A stretch of DNA of 64,000 nt from Rebecca billardiae RCC1528 (Eukaryota; Protista; Haptophyta). Position 1 is the stretch's first letter. Each line of letters starts with the position of its first letter. The notes beneath the pieces are model-generated. The model searched no databases. It was not told the DNA's origin and saw only the letters and a program-made list of their open reading frames with translations. The stretch lies in assembly GCA_965240325.2 (NCBI GenBank), contig OZ251234.1:1488001-1552000 (forward strand), given 5' to 3'. Shown here piece by piece: positions 12,875 to 26,000 of this stretch. The translations under genes were made by a program, and so were the position numbers.

Positions 12875-15800
12875 TCATCTGTCTCCGACGTCGCCTGCGG
12901 CTGCGACCTGGGGCTGGCCTGCCGTGAACTCGAGCGGGTGATGCGGATGCCGTTCAACGTGCTCGCGCGCTCCCAGCCCGGCCAAGCTCGCGCTGCCAGG
13001 GCTCAGGCTGTCGCCGCACGCCTGCGCGCCCAGACCCAAGGGCAGGGCCGGGAGTCGGCCGCTGACAGATGCGTCTGCGGAGGCGGGCGTGATCACGCAG
13101 GAATTGTCGGGCTGCGAGCCGGCGGCGCTTGCGCTGCCGTCGCTCGCCGCCGGCGCTCCGCTCGCGCCGCCGCCGCCGCCGCCACCCGCGCGGCTGCTGC
13201 TGCCCGCGCCCGAGTCGTACGCCGCCGCCCCGCCGTCCGCCGACGGCTGCCGCACCGGCTGCGTCGACGCTGCCTCTTCCTCGGGCGCGGCCGCCCGCTC
13301 CTGCTCGGGCGCGACCGCCCGCTCCTCCTCGGGCGCGGCCGCCTGCTCCGCTCGCTCGGCGCACACGGGGCAGCGCCACTCGCCATCGGGCACGGCGTCG
13401 AGCGGGGGAGAGAGGCAGAGCAGGTGGAACGACTAGCGCGGCGGCGCGCGCGGGGCAGGGGCGGGGCGCAGCCGGCGCGCGGCGCGGCGGCGCAGGACAG
13501 GAGAGCGCGCGATGAGCGCGGTGCGCGCGCGCGGGGCCTGCAGGGCGCGGCAACGCGCCCTGTCGCGCATGCGCCGCGCGGCACGCACCCGCGAGCAGCA
13601 GTCGCAGCAGAGCAGGTTGCCAGCGAAGCCGCACAGGGCGCACTCGTCGTCGTTGTGCAGGCTCTCAGTCTGTGCACGCGCCACCGCCGCCCGGACGCAC
13701 CCACCACCACCGCACGCGGGCGCGCGGCGCGCGCGCGGCCAGCGGCGCGCCGCGGGGCGAAGCAGAGTCAAGGGCGGCGGGCGCACACAAAAGCTTGCAC
13801 GCGGCCGCTGCTGCGCCGAGGGCGGCGCGTGCACCGCGCACGACGCGTGCACTGGGCGCAGCGACGGCGCGCAGTGCCCGGGCGCACCCACTCCTGCTCC
13901 GCCTTCTCCTTGAGCTGCGCCGCGAGCTGCCGGTACTCCGGCGTGGCCTTGAAGCAGCCATAGTAGTACTGCAGAGCACAGCCGAGCGAGCACGGCCCTA
14001 GGCCGGCCTCCTCGACCGCTGCCGCCGCGGCGCGCAGGTCTTTCCTGGTGCGCCGCAGCGCGTCCGCGAACGCGCGCGCGCGGGGCTCCGCCCATCCACT
14101 GCCGCGCCGCGCGCGCCGCGCGCGAGGCATGGCGAGAACGCACGCGGCCGCGCGGCGCACACGTGAGAACAGAACCGCGGGCGGCGGCGCGCGCGGCGCG
14201 GCGGCGAGCGCGCATCGGCGCGCAGCGCGCCGCGCGCCGCGCCGCCGCGCCGCGTGCCGCCGTGCGCCCACCTGGACGTGATCTCGGCGCGGGGCGGCGG
14301 CGGCGGCGGCGGCGCGGCGGCGGGCGGCGCGGCGGCCGCGGCCGCCGGCGCGGCCGCCGCCGCCGCGGCCGGCGCGCCGGTGGGGACCGCGCTGCCGCCC
14401 GCCGCCAATCCAGCCGCTGCCGGCGAAAAAGACAAGGGCGCTGGCGCGGGGCGCGCGCCGCCGGGGCGCGCGCCGTCCGCCTCGGCAGGCGACGGCGCCG
14501 TCGGTGGGGCGCGCGGCGGCGTGCGTGTGCGCGGCGAGAGCGGGAGAGGCGCGCGGCGCGTGCGCGCGTGCCGCGTCCCGTCGCTGACGGCCGTCTCGGC
14601 CGCGGGCGCCGCCGCGGACAGCGAGCGCGCGAGGACTTTACCGCGCGAGCGGCCGCGCGCGCCGCGCTGGCCGCCGTGCCCGAGCGAGCCGATCGCCGCC
14701 TCGAGCCTGTGCTCGTGCCGGTGCGCCTCGAGCAGCGCCGCCTCGAGCGAGGCGTGCTGCGCGCGGAACAAGGGCAGCGACAGCGGCGGCGCGGCCGCCG
14801 GCGCGGCCGCCGGTGCCGCCACCGCCGGAGCGGCAGACGCAGTCAGCTGAGCCGCGCATGCGCCCGGAGCGGCCGCGCACGGAGCCGCGCCGATTGCCGC
14901 GCCCGCCTGCGGCGTCGGCGCTGTCGACGCCGAGGGCCCCGCGCCCGGCTCCGCCTTGGGCGTCGCGCGCTGCGCTGCCACCAGCTCACCCGCTGTCCCC
15001 GCCCCACGCGGCCCCGCCGTCGCCACCGCCGCGGCTGAGCCCAAGTGACGCGTTCCCGCCGCAGGCGGTGCCGCGACAGCCGCCGGCCGGAGGCGCGGCG
15101 GCGGCGGCGGCGGCGGCGGCCCGGGGGTTGCTCCGGCCGTGGCGCCGGGCGGCGCAGAGGCCGGCTCGGGCACGGCAGCCCAGGCGGAGGCGCGGGTGCC
15201 GCCGCCCGCGCTCGCAGGCCCCGTGTCCGCCGCGCGCCCACCGCGCCATCCCTCCGGCTGCTCCGACGGCAGCGGTGGCGGCAACGGCACGCACAGCCTC
15301 GACAGATAGCTCTCAAAGCGCGCGCGGGCGCGCGCGGAGACGTGCAGCGGCGCCGGGTCCCACACGCACTCGGGCTCGGCGTCGCAGGCGCGCGGCCCGT
15401 CCTCGCGCGGATCGGCCGCGGCGGGCGGCGCGGCGGGCGCCAGCGGCGCGCACTCGGCAGCGGCCGGCGCGGCCGCTGGCGCAGCGGCGGCCGGGGCGCC
15501 CGTCAGTGAAGGTGCGCGCTGCACGGCGCCCGCGGCTCGGCAGGCGTGCGCCGACAGCCCGCCGCCTCCGCCCGCGCCTGCCACGCGCGCTCCCGCCGCC
15601 GCCGCCGCCGCGGTGCCGTCGGGCCGGGCAAGCAGCGGCCGGCAGGCCGGGATGGACGCCGCGGCCACCTGGAAAGACTCCCCGATCCGGGTGTGGATCG
15701 GCGGGTACTGCCGGCGGAGGAGGCGGCCGTTCTTCGAGCGCGAGGCGGGCTGCGCGCCCGGGCACATCCGCGCCGCCGCCGCCGCCGCGGAGCGCTCGCG

Positions 15801-16358
15801 CGTGATCTCATCCGCGCGCACCGAGATGGCTGCGCGCAAATGCGTGAAGCGCGAATCGCACAGCGCACTCAGGACCTGCTTGACCGAGGTGTAGTAGTCG
15901 ACGCGCGCCTTGAAGGGCGGGCGGCGCGAGACACCCGGCGGGAGGAAGTTGTACTGCGTCCGGCCGTTCACGTCGCGCACGCTCTCCTTGCACCAGCCCT
16001 CCGCCTCGCACTGCGGCCACACCTGCCAGAAGGCCTCATCGTAGGGTGCGCGCGGCGGCGGCTTGCGCGACTGGCGGCGGGGACCCTTCGGGTTGGCCTT
16101 GTGCGATTTGGGGCGCGCGGAAGGGACGGACGGCGCGCGCGCCGAGCCGGCGGCCGCAGCGGGCGCGCCATCCGACGCGGGCGCCAAGCCGACCGCGGCC
16201 GGGCCGGCCGCGGGCGCGCCCGCGCTCGTCGTCGCCGCCGCCGAGAGCTTGCGCCGCTTGACGGGCTCGGCGGCCGGCGGACGGATACCGCCCCGGCGCG
16301 TGCGCCTCGAGTCGTCATCACCGACGGCGGCGGCGGGCGCGCTCGCCTCGCCGCTCAT
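12875..16358 (-). CDS. Multi-exon chromatin protein with ELM2, SANT and PHD finger domains
   Basis: ELM2-like HTRIGESFQVAAASIP; SANT-like GWAEPRARAFADALRRTRKDL...CALQYYYGCFK; PHD NDDECALCGFAGNLLCCDCCSR|SFHLLCLSPPLDAVPDGEWRCPVC split by an intron. GT-AG introns lie near 14271-14100, 13888-13670 and 13588-13434. An N-terminal W..GW...Y.FLPPG...DYYTS..QV module is also present. Confidence 0.8.
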
Positions 16359-17074
16359 CGCAGCCTGCGACGGCGCGCGCTCGATCGAAAGCGCTGGGTG
16401 GCGCGCACCGGTGCACCCTGCCAAGGACCCTCGCGCTTGCGCTGGCCAGTCTGCTTGCGAGCGCACCAGCACGCGTGCGGCGGGCCCCGCGCAGAAATCC
16501 GGACGAAGCGCACGGAATCGGCGCCTTCCGCCCAGGCTCGCGCCTGCGTCTCACCTGAGCAACCGTGATCAAGGACAAGATGCGCAGCCGCAGGCACATC
16601 GATGATCGAACATGACACAGGAGTCAAGACCGGCCGGGACTCGACCCCGGCGTCGGCGGAGGCCATCGAGCTTGAGCTTGAGTGTCAGACCAGTGCCCAG
16701 TGCCCAGTGTCCAGACGGAGTGGATCGAGCCAGCGCCGCTGATCATAACTACTACCGCCGTATCAATCAGGTCGTCATGATGATGATTGATGTCTGATCA
16801 GACAGATCAGTTGCGACTTGAACCGCTCTGCTAAGCGACTGAGCCGACTTAGAGTTAGACTTAGAATGACTGACTGGTGACGACCGAAGTCAAGATGAAA
16901 ACGACGACGATGACAACGTCGTAGTCGATCCAAGGATGATATGTCGTATATATATATATACATATATGGTGGGAAGTGACGCTGACATGACAGCAGCCCG
17001 GGCGCGGTTGCTGCTGGCGTCACGGCGCGGCAGGCAGGCTGCTCAGCTCGCAAGCGCGCAGGCCGCCGCGCTCA

Positions 17075-20000
17075 TCACGCGCTGTACGCATCGTCGGCGC
17101 TATCCTCGTCGTCACCGCTGCCGCCGTCATCTGCCGGGGCGTGCCGCGGCTGCCACGCTGCCGGGTCCTGTGCGCCCGCCTCACCACCGGCACGCACCTC
17201 GGAGGCGGGCGGCTCGGCCCGGTCGGTCGGCGCCAGCGCTCGGTCGGTCAGCTGGGCCGCTGACTCGTCCGTCCCCGGCTCCACCAGCCACTGTGCCCGC
17301 TCGATCGCCTGGGCAAACTCGGCCTGCCCCTCGCCCCGGGCAGACGAGCTCGAGCCTGCGCCCGAGCAGCTGCCGAGGAAGCGCGCGCGCCGCAGTGCGG
17401 GCGGCGTGGTGCGCACGGGCGTCGTCAGGTCGGTCGTGCTCGAGGTGCGCTGCGTCGGCGCGGGCGGGCGCGGAGGGTCGATGCCGTCGTACAGCGTCGA
17501 GCCGCCCCCCAGGCTGCGCTGGCTCCCGAATGACGCGCTGTTCAGCCGGGGGGGGCGAGGCAACGGCGCGACGCGCTCGGCGGCTCCGAACGGCGGCGCT
17601 GGCGAGGAGGACAGTCGGCGTGCGGCGGTCGCCGGCGCGCACGCGCTTGCGTCCGACGGCATCACGTCCCGTGGCGGGGGCGGGCGGATGCGCGCGCGTG
17701 GCGTGGCGGGCTCGTCCACGCCGTGACGCCCGCCGAGCGTCCGATCGGTCGAGCTGCGCGAGAAGGCCGGTGGCGGCGGCTCTGCCGCGCTCCGCACCCC
17801 CACAGCCTTGGCCCCGCCTGCGGTCGATTCGCGCGCGTCACGCTCAGCACCGAGCTGGCGCAGCTGGCGCGCCCAGCGGCCGCACAGCCAGACGACGGCA
17901 CCGAGGAGCAGCGCGTGGTACACGATGATCGCAGCGGCGATCGTGCCCTGCTCGGCGGGCGAGAGCGCGCCCAAGCCCGCGTCGGCGCCACTCAGCTGTG
18001 CGGCGGAGGCTCCGGCCGTGCCGCCGTCGTCAGGGCAGCTCAAGTCACTCGCCGCGTCGCCGCCGCACTCGCCACACGCGTCGATCTCCTTGCCAGAGTA
18101 CGCGACGCCGTCGCAGCCGTTGCAGCTGGCGCCCTCGCCGTCGCACACGCCGCACGCGTCGACGCTGCCGAGGCACGTGAACTCACAGCTGCCGTCGTCG
18201 AGGCCTGCCTCCGAGTCGTAGTTGAGCGCGGCGGGGTCGAGGCAGCCGCTGGTCGCGAGCCGCACCTGGTCGAGCAAGCTCACGTTCAGAGCGGACTCGA
18301 GGGCGGCGGTGGAGACGTTGGCGAGCGTGCCGAGCACCGAGGCCTGGCCGAACGCCTCGGAGACGTCCACGCCCAGCACGACGAGCACGCTCGCCGCGCG
18401 CACGCTCACAATCTCCAGCCGCTCCTCTGGCAGGCGGAAGATGGAGGCAAAGCCCGAGAGGTACCGGGCGCGCGCGGCCCCGTCGAAGTCGGAGACGTCG
18501 CCGCGGTGCAGAGTGCGGAGGAGCACGCGCGTGCCGCCGCTCGGCGGGAGCGCGGGCGGGTAGGAGGGCGGGCCGGGCGGGCTGGGCGGGCTGGGCGGCG
18601 GGCTGGGCGGCGGCGGGCTGGGCGGCGGGCTGGGCGGCGGCGGGCTGGGCGGCGGGCTGGGCGGCGGGCTGGGCGGCGGCGGGCTCGGCGGCGGGAGCGG
18701 GGGCGGCGAGAAGAAGTCGCAGCCGCCGTCGTCCACGACAGAGCTGGCGTCAAAGTTGCGCGCGGTGCTGTCCGTGCAGCCGGCGTGGCGGCAGCTGCCG
18801 TCGTCCGCCGTCGCGTCGCTCACAAAGTTGAGCGCGCGCGTGTCCGTGCAGCCGCGCACCTCGGGTGCGCAGCTGCCGTCGTCGAACGTGGCGGTGGGGT
18901 CGTAGTTGCTTGCGTTGGAGGCGGTGCAGCCAGCGTACGAGCAGCCGCCCGCATGCTCGGTCGCGCCCGAGGCCCAGTTCCACGCGAGCGAGTCGGTGCA
19001 GCCGCTGACGCCGAAGACGCACTGCGCGGTCACGTCGCCCGTCGTCGCGCCGCTGTCGTAGTTGAGCGCGGCGGGCGCGGTGCAGCCGAGCACGGCGTAC
19101 ACGCACGAGCCGTCGTCGAGCGTCGCCGCAGAGTCGTAGTTGAGCGCGGCCGTGTCTGCGCAGCCGTCGACAGGCGAGACGCACGAAGCGTCGCTCTCGG
19201 TCGCGCTCGAGTCGAAGTTGCTCGCGTCGCTGTCCGTGCAGCCCGCGTGTACGCAGCTGCCGTCGTCGACCGACGCGCCCGGCTGGAAGTTGGTCGCCCC
19301 GCTCTCCGTGCAGCCGCTGAGCGGCGCCAGGCAGCTGCCGTCCTCGTCGGTTGCGCTCGGGTCGAAGTTGGCGGCGCTCGAGTCCGTGCAGCCGAGCAGG
19401 ACGCACGAGCCGTCGTCCGCCTCGGCGGCGCTGTCGTAGTTCGCCGCGGCCGGCTCGGTGCAGCCGCTCGGTGGCAGCACGCACCCGCCGTCGGTGTAGG
19501 TCGCCACGCTGTCGAAGTTGGCCGCGGCCGAGTCGGTGCAGCCGCCGAGCTCGCACGTGCCGTCGTCCGCGGTCGCGTCGGCCGCGTAGTTGTCCGCGGC
19601 CGAGTCGGTGCAGCCCGCGACTTCGAACGCGCACGAGCCATCGTTGAACGTCGCCGTCGAGTCGTAGTTGCGCGCGGCCGAGTGCGCGCAGCCCGCATAC
19701 TCGCACGCGGCCGAGCTGGCGTTGGTCCCGTTGGCCAGCGGGTCGTAGTTGTCCGCGGCCGAGTCCGGGCATGCCGCCTCCGCCTCGGCGAGCGCGCGCG
19801 CGCCTCGGCCGTCGAGTCGGCGGCGCGCGGCGGCGTACACGCACGAGCCGACCTCGTGCGTGGTGGCGCTCGAGTCGTAGTTGTCCGCGCTGGGCGACAT
19901 GCAGCCCGCCACCGCGTCGACGCAGCCGCCGTCGTCGGCCGTCGCGCCGGGCCGAAAGTTGAGCGCGCTGCTGTCGGTGCAGCCGAGCACGCCGAACGCG

Positions 20001-23000
20001 CAGCTGCCGTCCGTGCGCGTGGCGCTCGGGTCGAAGTTGAGCGCGGCCGTCGACATGCAGCCGGGCACGTCGGGCACGCAGCTGCCGTCGTCGGCCGTGG
20101 CGGAGGGCTTGAAGTTGAGCGCGGCGCTGTCCGTGCAGCCGCGCACGCCAAACACGCACGAGCCGCTGTCGCGCGTCGCGGACGAGTCGTAGTTGAGCGC
20201 GGCCGTGGCCATGCAGCCGAGCACGGGCTGCTCGCAGCTGCCGTCGTCGACGCCCGCCTCCGAGCGGTAGTTCCGCGCGGCCGAGTCGGTGCAGCCCGAG
20301 AGTGGGAACGTGCAGCTGCCGTCGTTCACCGTCGCGCTCGAGTCGAAGTTGGCGGCACACGGCACGGTGCAGCCGGCGACCGCGGCGACGCACCGCCCGT
20401 TGTCCGTGTTGGCGCTCGGCTTGTAGTTGGTCGCGGTCGAGTCGGTGCAGCCCAGGATTGGGAACACGCAGCTCCCGTCCGACGTGGTGGCCATGGACGC
20501 GTAGTTGAGCGCGGCCGGCGAGGTGCAGCCCGGAGCGGGCAGGATGCAGCTGCCGTCGTCCGCGCCGTATGCCGAGCCATAGTTGGGCGCTGCCGAGTCG
20601 GTGCAGCCGCGCAGCACGTACTCACAGCGCTCTCGCGCGGGCACGGTCGCGGCGGAGTCGTAGTTCGAGGCAGCGGGGTCCATGCAACCGGCCTTTGAGT
20701 GGGCGCAGCTGCCGTCGTCGGCCGTCGCCGCGCCGCGGTAGTTGAGCGCGCTGCTGTTGGTGCAGCCGGCGACCGCATACGCGCAGTCGCTCAGCAGCAC
20801 CGCGCGGCTGTCGTAGTTGAGTGCGAGAGAGTCCCGGCAGCCGAGCACCGGCGGCGGTGAGGGCGAGGGCGGCGGGGGCGGCTGGCTCGGCGGGGACGGC
20901 GGCGGCGACGGCGGCGCGGAGGGCGGCGGCGGCGGGAAGGGCGACACGCGAGGCGGCGGCGGCGGGCGAGGCGGCGGGCTCGGCGGCAGGGAAGGCGGCG
21001 GGGAGGGCGGCGGGCTGGGCGGCGGCGGGCTCGGCGGCGGGCTCGGCGGCGGGCTCGGCGGCGGGCTCGGCGGCGGGGAGGGCGGCGGGCTGGGCGGCGG
21101 GCCGGGCGGCGGGCTGGGAGGCGGGCTGGGCGGTGGTGGGCTGGGCGGCGGCGATGGGGGCGGGCTGGGCGGCGGCGATGGGGGCGGGTTCGGCGGTGGC
21201 GAAGGCGGCGGGCTTGGTGGCGGGCTGGGCGGCGGCGATGGCGGCGGCGGGCTGGGCGGCGGGCTGGGCGGCGGGCTCGGCGGCGGGCTGGGCGGCGGGC
21301 TGGGCGGCGGGCTCGGCGGCGGGCTCGGAGGCGGCGACGGCGGTGGGCTCGGTGGCGGCGGGCTTGGCGGCGGGCTTGGCGGTGGCGAGGGCGGCGGGCC
21401 CGGTGGAGGGCTCGGTGGCGGGCTTGGCGGTGGCGATGGCGGCGGCAATGGCGGCTGGCTTGGCGGTGGCGGGCTCGGAGGTGGGGACGGAGGTGGGCTC
21501 GGTGGCGGGCTCGGCGGTGGGCTCGGCGGCGGCGATGGTGGCGGGCGCGGTGGCGGGCTCGGCGGCGGCGAGGGTGGAGGGCTTGGCGGTGGCGACGGCG
21601 GTGGCGATGGCGGCGGGCTTGGCGGTGGTGGGCTCGGCGGTGGCGATGGTGGCGAGGCCGGAGGTGGACTGGGCGGGGGCGATGGTGGCGGGGGAGAGGG
21701 CGGCGGGCTAGGCGGCGGGCTGGGCGGCGGGCTTGGAGGCGGGCTGGGCGGTGGATGGGGCGGTGGGCTCGGCGGCGGGCTCGGCGGAGGCAAGGGTGGC
21801 GGGCTCGGCGGCGGCGAGGGCGGCGGCGAGGGCGGCGGAATCGGTGGCGGCGGGGAGGGGGGTGGCGAAGGCGGTGGGCTCGGCGGTGGGCTCGGCGGCG
21901 GTGAAGGCGGTGGCAAAGGGGGTGGCGATGGTGGCGGGCTCGGCGGCGGCGATGGCGGTGGCGATGGTGGCGGTGATGGGGGCGGAGAGGGTGGCGGAGA
22001 GGGCGGCGGGCTTGGTGGCGGCGACGGTGGCGGGCTTGGCGGTGGGCTTGGTGGTGGCGGGCTCGGCGGTGGGCTCGGTGGCGGCGATGGAGGTGGCGAT
22101 GGGGGAGGGCTCGGCGGCGGCGGGCTTGGCGGCGGGCTCGGCGGAGGCGAGGGCGGAGGTGAGGGCGGCGGGCTCGGTGGCGGTGATGGCGGCGGCGATG
22201 GTGGCGGCGAGGGCGGCGGGCTGGGCGGCGGCGATGGCGGTGGATGCGGCGGCGGAGATGGCGGCGGGCTTGGCGGCGGGCCGGGTGGCGGCGACGGCGG
22301 CGGGCTCGGCGGCGGCGACGGCGGCGGCGGCGACGGCGGCGGCGAAGGTGGCGGGCTGGGTGGCGGGCTTGGTGGCGGCGATGGTGGCGGGCTCGGTGGC
22401 GGGCTTGGCGGCGGTCGCGGTGGTGGTGAGGGCGGCGGGCTTGGCGGCGGCGAGGGTGGCGGACTTGGGGGCGGGCTTGGCGGCGGCGGGCTTGGTGGCG
22501 GCGACGGCGGCGGACTCGGCGGCGGCGATGGTGGCGGCGAAGGCGGTGGCTTCGGTGGCGGACTGGGCGGCGGCGACGGTGGCGGGCTTGGCGGCGGTGG
22601 GCTCGGCGGTGGAGAGGGAGGCGGTGACGGCGGCGGGCTTGGCGGCGGGGAGGGTGGCGGGCTCGGCGGTGGGCTCGGCGGCGGGCTCGGCGGGGGGCTC
22701 GGTGGTGGACTTGGCGGAGGCGAGGGCGGCGGTGAAGGCGGCGGACTCGGTGGCGGCGGCGAGGGAGGTGGCGAGGGCGGTGGGCTCGGCGGTGGACTCG
22801 GCGGCGGTGAAGGCGGCGGACTCGGGGGTGGACTTGGCGGAGGAGAAGGTGGTGGTGAGGGCGGCGGGCTCGGCGGCGGTGATGGCGGTGGGCTTGGCGG
22901 CGGGCTTGGCGGCGGCGGGCTTGGCGGTGGGCTAGGTGGTGGCGAGGGTGGCGGCGATGGCGGAGGGCTCGGCGGCGGTGGGCTTGGCGGCGGGCTCGGC

Positions 23001-26000
23001 GGTGGCGAGGGCGGCGGCGAGGGTGGCGGGCTCGGCGGCGGCGATGGCGGCGGTGACGGTGGCGGTGATGGCGGCGGGCTTGGTGGCGGTGATGGCGGTG
23101 GGCTCGGAGGCGGCGAAGGCGGTGGGCTCGGTGGCGGGCTGGGCGGTGGCGCTGGTGGCGGGCTTGGGGGCGGCGAGGGCGGCGGTGGTGAGGGCGGTGG
23201 TGAGGGGGGTGGGCTGGGTGGTGGACTTGGTGGCGGGCTGGGCGGTGGGCTAGGAGGCGGCGAGGGCGGCGGGCTGGGTGGTGGACTCGGTGGCGGCGGG
23301 CTTGGAGGTGGCGAGGGGGGCGGGCTTGGTGGCGGGCTCGGCGGCGGCGACGGCGGCGGGCTCGGTGGCGGCGATGGCGGTGGCGAGGGTGGCGGTGATG
23401 GTGGCGGCGGGCTCGGTGGCGGCGACGGTGGCGGCGATGGTGGCGGGCTCGGCGGCGGGCTCGGCGGCGGGGAGGGCGGCGGGCTGGGTGGCGGGCTCGG
23501 CGGCGGGCTTGGCGGTGGGGAGGGCGGTGGGCTGGGCGGCGGGCTCGGCGGCGGGCTAGGTGGCGGGCTGGGCGGTGGCGAGGGTGGCGGGCTCGGCGGC
23601 GGCGATGGCGGCGGCGGCGATGGCGGTGGCGACGGAGGCGGGCTTGGTGGCGGCGATGGTGGTGGGCTTGGTGGTGGGTTGGGTGGTGGTGACGGCGGGG
23701 GACTTGGCGGTGGTGACGGTGGTGGTGACGGCGGTGGCGAGGGCGGCGGGCTGGGCGGCGGGCTCGGTGGTGGCGGCGACGGCGGTGGCGACGGCGGTGG
23801 GCTCGGCGGTGGACTGGGTGGCGGTGATGGTGGCGGGCTTGGAGGCGGCGACGGCGGTGGTGATGGCGGTGGGCTCGGCGGTGGCGGGCTCGGTGGCGGC
23901 GACGGTGGCGGCGATGGTGGCGGGCTCGGCGGCGGGCTCGGCGGCGGGGAGGGCGGCGGGCTGGGCGGCGGGCTCGGCGGCGGGCTCGGCGGTAGGGAGG
24001 GCGGCGGGCTGGGCGGCGGGCTGGGCGGCGGGCTGGGTGGCGGGCTGGGCGGCGGTGACGGTGGCGGGCTGGGCGGCGGCGATGGCGGCGGCGGCGATGG
24101 CGGTGGCGACGGAGGCGGGCTTGGTGGCGGCGATGGTGGCGGGCTTGGTGGCGGGCTGGGTGGTGGTGACGGCGGGGGACTTGGCGGTGGTGACGGCGGT
24201 GGTGACGGCGGTGGCGAGGGCGGCGGGCTCGGTGGCGGCGACGGCGGTGGTGACGGTGGTGGCGAAGGCGGCGGGCTCGGTGGTGGACTTGGTGGCGGTG
24301 GGCTCGGCGGCGGCGATGGCGGTGGGCTCGGCGGTGGACTGGGTGGCGGTGATGGTGGTGGGCTTGGCGGCGGCGACGGCGGTGGTGATGGCGGTGGGCT
24401 CGGCGGTGGCGGGCTCGGCGGTGGCGATGGTGGCGGCGATGGCGGCGGGCTCGGCGGCGGGCTGGGGGGCGGCGAGGGCGGCGGGCTGGGCGGCGGCGAC
24501 GGTGGCGGGCTGGGTGGCGGGCTAGGCGGCGGCGACGGTGGTGGGCTCGGCGGCGGCGATGGCGGTGGCGGCGATGGCGGTGGGGACGGAGGCGGGCTTG
24601 GTGGCGGCGATGGTGGCGGGCTTGGTGGCGGGCTGGGTGGCGGTGACGGTGGCGGGCTCGGCGGTGGTGACGGCGGTGGTGACGGCGGTGGCGAGGGCGG
24701 CGGGCTCGGTGGCGGTGACGGCGGTGGTGACGGTGGTGGCGAAGGCGGCGGGCTCGGTGGTGGACTTGGTGGCGGTGGGCTCGGCGGCGGCGATGGCGGT
24801 GGGCTCGGCGGTGGACTGGGTGGCGGTGACGGTGGCGGGCTTGGCGGCGGCGACGGCGGTGGTGATGGCGGTGGGCTCGGCGGTGGCGGGCTCGGCGGTG
24901 GCGACGGTGGCGGCGATGGCGGCGGGCTCGGCGGCGGGCTGGGCGGCGGCGAGGGCGGCGGGCTGGGCGGCGGGCTGGGCGGCGGGCTGGGTGGCGGGCT
25001 GGGCGGCGGCGACGGTGGCGGACTCGGCGGCGGCGACGGCGGTGGCGGCGATGGCGGTGGGGACGGAGGCGGGCTTGGTGGCGGCGACGGCGGCGGGCTT
25101 GGTGGCGGGCTGGGTGGAGGTGACGGTGGCGGGCTCGGCGGTGGTGACGGCGGTGGTGCCGGCGGTGGCGAGGGCGGCGGGCTCGGTGGCGGTGACGGCG
25201 GTGGTGACGGTGGTGGCGAAGGCGGCGGGCTCGGTGGTGGACTTGGTGGCGGTGGGCTCGGCGGCGGCGATGGCGGTGGGCTCGGCGGTGGACTGGGTGG
25301 CGGTGATGGTGGCGGGCTTGGCGGCGGCGACGGTGGTGGCGACGGCGGTGGGCTCGGCGGTGGCGGGCTCGGCGGTGGCGACGGTGGCGGCGATGGCGGC
25401 GGGCTCGGCGGCGGGCTGGGCGGCGGCGAGGGCGGCGGGCTGGGCGGCGGCGACGGTGGCGGACTGGGTGGCGGGCTGGGCGGTGGCGACGGTGGTGGGC
25501 TCGGCGGCGGCGATGGCGGTGGCGGCGATGGCGGTGGGGACGGTGGCGGGCTTGGTGGCGGCGACGGCGGCGGGCTTGGTGGCGGGCTGGGTGGCGGTGA
25601 CGGAGGCGGGCTCGGCGGTGGTGATGGCGGTGGCGACGGCGGTGGCGAGGGCGGTGGGCTCGGCGGCGGTGACGGCGGTGGTGACGGCGGTGGCGAAGGG
25701 GGCGGACTCGGCGGTGGGCTCGGTGGCGGTGGGGACGGCGGTGGTGACGGCGGTGGGCTCGGCGGAGGACTTGGTGGCGGCGATGGCGGCGGGCTCGGAG
25801 GCGGTGACGGCGGTGGTGATGGCGGTGGGCTTGGCGGCGGCGGACTTGGCGGCGGGCTCGGCGGTGGCGACGGCGGCGGGCTCGGCGGCGGGCTTGGAGG
25901 CGGACTGGGCGGTGGCGACGGTGGCGGACTCGGCGGCGGCGACGGCGGTGGCGGCGATGGCGGTGGGGACGGTGGCGGGCTTGGTGGCGGCGACGGCGGC

